Shown here: piece after piece, positions 37,638 through 44,494 of the stretch
Numbering within the stretch: the stretch's first letter is position 1
Layout: every line of letters begins with the position of its first letter
NCBI GenBank assembly: GCA_965285935.1
Contig: OZ260665.1
Span: forward strand, 54,622,001 to 54,686,000
Source of the DNA: Ophelia neglecta
Taxonomy: Eukaryota
Reading direction: 5' to 3'
DNA: 64,000 bases
Translations under genes and position numbers: made by a program
The notes under the pieces: generated by a model
Databases searched by the model: none
What the model saw: only the letters and a program-made list of their open reading frames with translations
Told to the model about the DNA's origin: nothing

Positions 37638-40600
37638 ATGCCGATAAATAAAAATTCCAGGCCGAGTATTATATCTCCCTTGTCACTTGATCAGTGTTGG
37701 TTTGCTTTTGTTGAAACTGGGGACATCGGGGTTAAATTTTTGATTGATTCTGGTGCAACACGCACATATCTGGCGAAAATCTTGTATGACAAGATGCAAC
37801 ATAAACCTCTTTTGCAAACGAGTCATGCTAACCCAGTCACAGTTTCGGGAGAAAGCATTCATGTGTACGGTGAATGCGAAATGGCACTTAACTTTTCTGT
37901 TGAACACACAATAAATCATGTAGTAACTATTGTGGATATGGATGAAGGAATTGGTATCCTAGGAAATGACTTTCTTAAAACACACGACTGTGTGACTTAC
38001 CACAAGAGAGGGGTTTTAACTATTAACGGACTCCCATTTTCCCTGTTAGAGGATGAAAAACCAAGATGTTGCCGAATAAATGTCGCTGAAACTGTAGTGA
38101 TTCCGGCACATAGTGAAACTATAGTCCCGGCGAGAATGGACTCAAACAGATTTAGGTCTGCAGACAGTTTATATGGTCTGATCGAGGCAGCAACCACAGT
38201 GACACCAGAAACTGGTCTCATAGTTGCTACTGAACTGGTTGATGTCAGAACTCCTGACATTCCCCTTAGTATTGCGAATTTCACTGATGAACCGGTGGTT
38301 CTAGCTAAGAATAAGACTATAGCTATTCTTAAACCATCCAATGAAATTCACGACATTTCACTTTCAAAAACTTCCATCCAAAATAGCGAATTTCTGAATA
38401 GTATAGGAGACTCCGATAATAATGCTGCTAAATCGTTTGAATCAATGTATAATGCATTACCTGAACATCTCCAAATAATGTTACAAAATGTGTCAGATGA
38501 TCTAACAGTTGATCAAAAACTTAAAATCGCTACTCTCTTGACAAAGTACCAAGATATATTTGCCGGACCAAACAAACCCTTGGGCCGAAATTCTTGGGTA
38601 AACCATCGTATTGATACACAAGATCATGAACCGTTATATATCCGACCATATCGCCTCCCCTTGGCCAAAAAACAGATTTGTAGAGACCAAGTAGAAAAAA
38701 TGTTACAAGAGGATGTGATTGAACCGAGCAACAGCCCATGGTCAGCCCCCATTGTTCTTATTACAAAGAAGGACAAATCAACAAGATTTTGTATTGACTT
38801 CAGGAGGTTAAATAAAATAACCAAAGTGGACACGTATCCTATGCCCAAGATTGATGAGATTCTTGACAGTCTGTCGGGATCAGAATGGTTTAGTACTTTG
38901 GATCTAAAGGCTGGCTATTGGCAGGTCGAAATTGATGAACGTGACAGAGAAAAAACTACTTTTGCCACGCCCCAGGGTTCATTCCGATTTAAGGTCCTCC
39001 CGTTCGGATTGGCAAATAGTCCCCGAACCTTCTCGAGACTTATGCAAATGGTTTTGCATGGTATAGAATGGTTAAGGTGTTTGGTTTACTTAGATGATAT
39101 AATGGTTTTTGGCAGGTCTTTTGAAGAGGCCTTGCAAAATTTGGAGTGCGTTTTTGAAAGATTGAAAATTGCCGATCTCAAACTGAATCCAAAGAAATGT
39201 GACCTCTTTCAAAGTGAGGCCAAGTTTCTTGGACATTTGGTAAGCAAAGACGGAGTGTCCTGTGACCCCGACAAGGTCAGCGACATTATTGATTGGCCAG
39301 AACCTTGCAACATATCTGACCTCAGATCATTTATGGGAATTGCATCTTATTATAGATCTTTTGTTCCTGACTTTGCCAATATAGCTGCTCCGTTAACTGA
39401 TTTGACATGTAAAGGAGTAGGTTTTAGATGGACGGTAGAATGTCAACATGCTTTTGAGCAACTCAGGTGTCATCTTGGGTCTGCCCCTATTCTTGCTTTT
39501 CCTGATGACGACGGCATGTATATTCTAGATACCGATGCCTCCGATTTTGCCATCGGGGCAGTTCTGTCCCAAGTGCAGAATGATAAAGAACATGTCATTG
39601 CTTATGCCAGCAACAGACTGAGCAAAGAAGAACGCAATTACTGTACCACAAAGAGAGAACTCTTAGCAGTAATTTACTATGTTAAAAAGTTCCACCATTA
39701 CCTATGGGGAAAACATTTTGTTGTTAGAACAGACCATGCAGCTCTTACATGGTTAAGAAATTTCAAAGAACCTACTGGTATGATTGCTAGATGGATTGCT
39801 ACCCTGGATATGTATGATATTGAGGTGCAACACAGGAAAGGTTCCCAACATTTGAATGCTGATGCACTCAGTCGCAAACCGTCACGTCGCTGTAAACGTC
39901 CGGATTGTCCACAGTGTTGTGAAGTTTATGGTGAACTGCTCGCTGCGGTTCTAACTCGAAAAATGGCTCAGAATCTTGCTTTTCCTGATCCCACCTATAC
40001 AGATAGGCAGTGCACGGCCAATTCTGTGGGAGGAGGGGAGGTTGGTGTTAGGGACACCAAGGAAAAAGTTGGAAGTTCTGAAACCATTGATTCGAGTGAT
40101 GAATATAATGAGGATGCCAAGAAAGGCACAGCAAGTAAAAACCCGGTAGTCACTGAAAATGTAGACGGTTACTCCATATCCAACTTTATGGACACTTGGT
40201 CTAAAGAGAGTATCAGAAATTGGCAAAATTCAGACTCACAAATCCAGAAAATTATTCGCTGGAAGGAAGCATGCAATGACAAACCTTCCAAGGATGAAGT
40301 CCGTCCTGAGAGTAATCTGGTCAAGTGTCTGATAAGCCAGTGGGATTCTCTGCAATTAGCAAATGGTGTCCTTTATCAAAAATGGAAACCGAGACATTCT
40401 TCCCAGTGTGTGTGGAGAATAGTAGCTCCGACGACTCTTAGAACTGAATTATTTGAGCACTTACATAACAAATCTTCCGGGGGTCATTTAGGTTTTCGTG
40501 GAACTCTTGAGAAAGTCCAAATGCGTTGCTATTGGCCAGGCATGCGTGAGGATGTGTATCGTTGGTGTAGATCATGTAAATTATGTAAATACCGCAAGTC

Positions 40601-41483
40601 GAAACGAGCAAAGAAAGCGCCCTTGAAACAACTCCCTGTTAGCTATCCCTTTCAGCGAGTTGCTATAGACATATTGAAACCAGGAAGAAAATCGAGACAA
40701 GGAAACCAATATATTATTGTAGTGTGTGACTATTTCACTAAATGGGTTGAAGCCTTTGCAGTCCCAAATCATACAGCTCAGACTGTTGCTGACAAGGTAG
40801 TTAGTGAAGTATTTCTCCGTTTTGGTATTCCGGAACAAATTCATTCAGACCAAGGAAAAGAATTCGAAAGTAACCTCTTTGGTTCAATTTGTGACATTTT
40901 AAAAGTAAAGAAGACCCGAACGGCTCCATATCGAGCTCAGTCAGATGGTCTAGTCGAACGATTCAATCGTACTTGTCTACAGATGCTTAGTTTGGCTACT
41001 AGTGGTAATCGAACCGACTGGGAAGACCAACTTCCTTTTATTTTGTGTGCCTATCGAGCAACACCTCATTCTTCTACGCTATGTACGCCAAACTTACTAA
41101 TGTTAGGACGGGAGAGTACCCTACCGGTAGACATACTGTTGGGTCCCCCTCCTTTTGAACACCCAATGTGTCCAATCGAGTATGTAGAATGGCTGAGACA
41201 AAGTCTAGTCGAAGCCCATGAATTGACAAGAACTACTCTGCGGAAGTCCGCAATTCATCAAAAGAGATTTTATGACACAAAAACTAAGTCGAGAAGCTTT
41301 GCCCAGGGTGATCAAGTTATGTACTATTATGTGCCCAAGGAACGGGACAAATTAACGCCTAATTGGCAGGGCCCTTATACAGTGTCAAAGGTGATGAATG
41401 AGGTTGATGTAGAAATAAGGAAAAGTGAAAGTTCTAAGCCAAAGACTGTTCACATAGACTATTTAATACATTGTTTAGATTAA
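37602..41483 (+). CDS. pol: Pol polyprotein (aspartic protease, reverse transcriptase, RNase H, integrase), translated as a Gag-Pol fusion
   Basis: PR: FLIDSGA (37737-37757). RT: PWSAPIV, RFCIDFRRLN, LPFGL, YLDD (39087-39098). RNase H: DTDASD, YCTTKRELLA, TDH, NADALSR. IN: HHCC finger (H..GGHLG...CRSC), DIL, HSDQG, ERFNR, and the GPY/F motif WQGPY. No stops or frameshifts. The ORF-track GTG start at 37620 is not the biological start. Confidence 0.97.
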   Translation, partial: LTSAGEVARPSAMPINKNSRPSIISPLSLDQCWFAFVETGDIGVKFLIDSGATRTYLAKILYDKMQHKPLLQTSHANPVTVSGESIHVYGECEMALNFSVEHTINHVVTIVDMDEGIGILGNDFLKTHDCVTYHKRGVLTINGLPFSLLEDEKPRCCRINVAETVVIPAHSETIVPARMDSNRFRSADSLYGLIEAATTVTPETGLIVATELVDVRTPDIPLSIANFTDEPVVLAKNKTIAILKPSNEIHDISLSKTSIQNSEFLNSIGDSDNNAAKSFESMYNALPEHLQIMLQNVSDDLTVDQKLKIATLLTKYQDIFAGPNKPLGRNSWVNHRIDTQDHEPLYIRPYRLPLAKKQICRDQVEKMLQEDVIEPSNSPWSAPIVLITKKDKSTRFCIDFRRLNKITKVDTYPMPKIDEILDSLSGSEWFSTLDLKAGYWQVEIDERDREKTTFATPQGSFRFKVLPFGLANSPRTFSRLMQMVLHGIEWLRCLVYLDDIMVFGRSFEEALQNLECVFERLKIADLKLNPKKCDLFQSEAKFLGHLVSKDGVSCDPDKVSDIIDWPEPCNISDLRSFMGIASYYRSFVPDFANIAAPLTDLTCKGVGFRWTVECQHAFEQLRCHLGSAPILAFPDDDGMYILDTDASDFAIGAVLSQVQNDKEHVIAYASNRLSKEERNYCTTKRELLAVIYYVKKFHHYLWGKHFVVRTDHAALTWLRNFKEPTGMIARWIATLDMYDIEVQHRKGSQHLNADALSRKPSRRCKRPDCPQCCEVYGELLAAVLTRKMAQNLAFPDPTYTDRQCTANSVGGGEVGVRDTKEKVGSSETIDSSDEYNEDAKKGTASKNPVVTENVDGYSISNFMDTWSKESIRNWQNSDSQIQKIIRWKEACNDKPSKDEVRPESNLVKCLISQWDSLQLANGVLYQKWKPRHSSQCVWRIVAPTTLRTELFEHLHNKSSGGHLGFRGTLEKVQMRCYWPGMREDVYRWCRSCKLCKYRKSKRAKKAPLKQLPVSYPFQRVAIDILKPGRKSRQGNQYIIVVCDYFTKWVEAFAVPNHTAQTVADKVVSEVFLRFGIPEQIHSDQGKEFESNLFGSICDILKVKKTRTAPYRAQSDGLVERFNRTCLQMLSLATSGNRTDWEDQLPFILCAYRATPHSSTLCTPNLLMLGRESTLPVDILLGPPPFEHPMCPIEYVEWLRQSLVEAHELTRTTLRKSAIHQKRFYDTKTKSRSFAQGDQVMYYYVPKERDKLTPNWQGPYTVSKVMNEVDVEIRKSESSKPKTVHIDYLIHCLD

Positions 41484-41539
41484 GTTAAATGTTAACCTTA
41501 CACTTCGTAGTCAAGAAATATTCATTCATTAAATAGCTA

Positions 41540-41559
41540 TTTCCCCTTTTTGTTATTAG
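41540..41559 (+). promoter_or_regulatory. Candidate 3' splice acceptor for the ORF3 subgenomic mRNA
   Basis: Polypyrimidine tract plus TAG (AG at 41558-41559), ending 5 nt before the ORF3 ATG. Confidence 0.55.
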
Positions 41560-41564
41560 TTACC

Positions 41565-42050
41565 ATGGCATCTCCCCAGACACAAGACAAGGAGTTAGTT
41601 CCATGTGAAGTGGAATTCTGTAGTAATCAATTTTTGATATACAGCGGAATGGAAAAATTATGTCGTCACTGGGAAGAGGTGCATGCCTCTTACACCCAGG
41701 TATTTAAATGTAAAGTCTGTGGATTTCTTTCTAAAAGGAAATCGAACATTAGTAGACATGTTACGGCCAAACATAAAAAGGTAGATAAAACCCAGATTGT
41801 ATATATGATATTGCCAAATAAAGGGTTTCAAGCGCCTGAGAATACTATTGCCCCGAAAAACTATAAGGGACAAGTAGCCATTTCCCCCTTCACTACCGCG
41901 TCATGGAATGGGCGACTGGAAACCATTCGAACAGGCGTACTAGACTGCTCAGACGCCGGAGTTGCGGAGAGAGGCCGATTCATCTACCGGAGTCGTGGAG
42001 ATGAGCTGTTCGTCTACCGGAATGTGTTAGATTACCAAGGTCATTTGTGA
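41565..42050 (+). CDS. Retrotransposon ORF3: 161-aa protein with two C2H2-type zinc fingers in the env position (not env-like)
   Basis: Lies inside the LTRs, between the pol stop and the PPT. The ATG is in ACCATGG, preceded by the acceptor-like TTTCCCCTTTTTGTTATTAG. Finger 1 is CEVEFC-x15-HWEEVH; finger 2 is FKCKVC-x12-HVTAKH (canonical spacing). No signal peptide or transmembrane stretch. Confidence 0.82.
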   Translation: MASPQTQDKELVPCEVEFCSNQFLIYSGMEKLCRHWEEVHASYTQVFKCKVCGFLSKRKSNISRHVTAKHKKVDKTQIVYMILPNKGFQAPENTIAPKNYKGQVAISPFTTASWNGRLETIRTGVLDCSDAGVAERGRFIYRSRGDELFVYRNVLDYQGHL

Positions 42051-42292
42051 AGAAGAGTATTTTGTTTCACAACAAACTGTTAAAACATTTTTGTTGATTC
42101 CAGTATAGGAGTTATAGGAAAAACATTATTATGGTATGATTAGTCCTTATTTTATGTTATCAGGTAAAAGTTTCGTAATGACTGCCAGTTTAGGAGTCAT
42201 AATTTATTTCTCTTGTTTAATATTTTTAACAACTTGATTGTTCGTTGATTTAGTATTTAGCCATGTTTACACTGATGACACAGTCACAGTGT

Positions 42293-42304
42293 AGTTGGGG
42301 GGAA
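42293..42304 (+). promoter_or_regulatory. Polypurine tract (plus-strand primer)
   Basis: AGTTGGGGGGAA abuts the TG of the 3' LTR. Confidence 0.8.
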
Positions 42305-42731
42305 TGTAACGATTGTGTCTATGCCTTTCAGACTTGTTCTTATTGTATTTAGCCTTGCAGGAATGGTCCTATTGTTCTAGCAGACCATGTGTAGTTGTTA
42401 TTGTTTATAACTGTTTCATGGATTCTTAGTGGTCACTGACAGTACAGCAGGGACCAATAGTATCCCTTCTTTGTTTCTAGTCTGAAGTATATCAGACCAT
42501 GTCTGTGACTGTTCTGTCTCAGATCCTGACTAGCTGTTGCAGAGGTAAGACCGATTCACATTGAGTACTGTATACACACAGGCATGTGCCACTAAATTAG
42601 TATTGTAACAAGGTTACACTAATACACAACGAGAAGCAATATTTACCACTGTTTAGTAATAAAGGATTATTAACAAAACTTTATAATTTGTCTTGGTAAT
42701 TACTTTGAATGAACCAAGCAGGTTCATTACA
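42305..42731 (+). repeat. 3' LTR (427 bp)
   Basis: Copy of 35276-35702 at offset 7029. AATAAA at 42658-42663, donor-like GT at 42545, followed by the CATG TSD. Confidence 0.97.
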
Positions 42732-42907
42732 CATGTATGTTCACTTTCCCATCCATCACGAAACCCCTACCGGCAATCGATAGGACTTGTTTTCAAATAA
42801 GATTAATGTATGGACATTTTCCTCTCGTCTTGCCATTTAGCTCATTCGATCTGCCTCGCCTTGAGCGTATTACTTACTCAGAGCGCACATAGGCGTTTGC
42901 AATCATA

Positions 42908-42943
42908 TTTCTTAATCTTGTTTGCTTTCTTATCTTCTGACAG
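42908..42943 (+). promoter_or_regulatory. Probable splice acceptor of the HCN exon (exon about 42944-44494 including 5' UTR)
   Basis: Long pyrimidine tract TTTCTTAATCTTGTTTGCTTTCTTATCTTCTGACAG. All three frames downstream close quickly, so the start of this exon would be UTR. Confidence 0.6.
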
Positions 42944-43421
42944 ATGTGAAGAGCAAAGGAGGGAATCTTTGTAGATCACTTCAGATGGTTTTGTTTGTGC
43001 AATAAGGACAGCAATATTACTGGACATGAGTCGATGGTTGATTGGGCCAAACTAAACATTACCAGCTCCCCGACGGATTTTTCTGTTACAACATTGAAGG
43101 CGACCGCTTCCGGAAATGACGTAATCAGCCAGTCTCTGCGTGCTGCCAGGTGACGCTGTTCCACCGCTGATGAACTCCACAGCCGGAAATTCTGGTCTCC
43201 TGATGTCGTGTCAGTACCTGAAGAATGATTATGATCAGTGTGCGATTCAGAGGCGGTGAATGGGATTTATTAGTGATGCATTCAACGCAGATAATGTGTA
43301 CAAATTCCATAACAAGGTCACATCCACATCTTAATACTATCTATTACGGCAGTGATGCTGAGATTGTTGCTTGCCTGTAAGCAGTTTGTCGAGCGATAGT
43401 ACGAGCATTCGCGAAGGATAT

Positions 43422-44494
43422 ATGGAGATGGAGCCGATGGCGGGATCGGACGACGGGTTACCTTCCTATGTCACTTTTATCAACACTTGCGACTCTCCCA
43501 TTACCCACCAGAAGGCGACACAGACCGCCAAAAGCATTCCGCGCCTGCCTCCCCCGGCGATTAGCCGGGTTGCCAGCATCGCCAGGCCACCTCTGGAGCG
43601 AGCGAGCTCCGTGCCGGAGCGCGCCACTCTACGTAGCACCGAAGTCAGCGCCAGCAAACCGTCCGTTGATAAACCCTACTATGGCGACAGGCCGAGTAGA
43701 GATGTCTTGAGTCGGGTCCGCGAGAGGAGCAGCGTTGACTCGGTACGGGAAAGGAGTGGCGCCAGGGATGGCTATCCGAGCAAGCATACCCCCTTCGTTG
43801 CCACATTCTCCAAACTCGGCTCTCTGGGCAAATTGTCCTCAATCTCCCAAGAAAGAGTGGACCGGGCCGGCAAAGGATACTCTAACAATGTGGGGAGCAT
43901 CGAGAGACCTATCGAGCTCATTCCTATGGATGAAAACAATGTCCCCATGATAGATCAAGCCATCACTCCACCCACTACGCCGACGAGATCTGTAGGACAC
44001 GGTAATATGTTTAACGCCGGTGGTTTCAAGGGCCTGGCTAAACGAAAGCTGCCGAGCCTGAAGTTCAAGCGGGGTAGGTTGGCATCGTCCCGTTCTGATA
44101 AGGAATCGGGCACCTCCTCGCCGTCGTCAAACCCTGCCAACCCAACAATCACCATCACCATGAATGACGACGGCGATGATTCCATCAGCATGGTGTCGGA
44201 CTACCTTAGCCCCGACCAGAACTTCAGGCGGGACCGGGGTTCCTCCCCATTTCCTAACATCGGCGATGAGGTGAGCCTATATGGCACGCCTAAAGAGGAG
44301 CCTTTCAAGGAATGCGACAGCCAAAAGTCCAACACTGCCGCCAATTATCTAAAGGATCAGATCATATCCTTTTTCCAACCTTCTGACAATAAGCTCGCTA
44401 TGAAATTATTTGGCAATAAAAACGCGCTTATGAAAGAGAAAATGCGCCAAAAGGCTGCAGGAAACTGGGTCATTCATCCTTGCAGTAACTTCAG
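43422..44494 (+). CDS. HCN: First large coding exon of a hyperpolarization-activated cyclic nucleotide-gated channel (invertebrate HCN/Ih): cytoplasmic N-terminus and HCN domain, up to S1
   Basis: Contains VSLYGTPKEE and DQIISFFQPSDNKLAMKLFGNKNALMKEKMRQKAAGNWVIHPCSNFR, which are characteristic of invertebrate Ih/HCN. The exon ends at a canonical donor CAG|GTGAGT (GT at 44495, phase 2). An in-frame TGA at 43359 precedes the first ATG at 43422; 43428 and 43437 are alternative starts. Confidence 0.93.

Larger units (their letters stand above)
35276..42731 (+). mobile_element. Full-length Ty3/Gypsy (Metaviridae) LTR retrotransposon, 7456 bp, intact and recently inserted, with an extra ORF3
   Basis: Two 427-bp direct repeats with TGTAA...TTACA termini. 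CATG is present on both flanks (35272-35275 and 42732-42735). A PBS follows the 5' LTR and a PPT precedes the 3' LTR. gag and pol are uninterrupted, with domain order PR-RT-RH-IN. Confidence 0.98.

Noticed and set aside
41550-42050. ORF3 as an env gene, and the TTG start at 41550
   Set aside because: The ORF is too short and has no signal peptide or TM anchor. The TTG lies within the acceptor tract, whereas ATG 41565 has an optimal Kozak context.
35724-44191. Many minus-strand and alternate-frame ORFs overlapping gag, pol, ORF3 and HCN
   Set aside because: These are shadow ORFs of real coding sequence, with no motifs.
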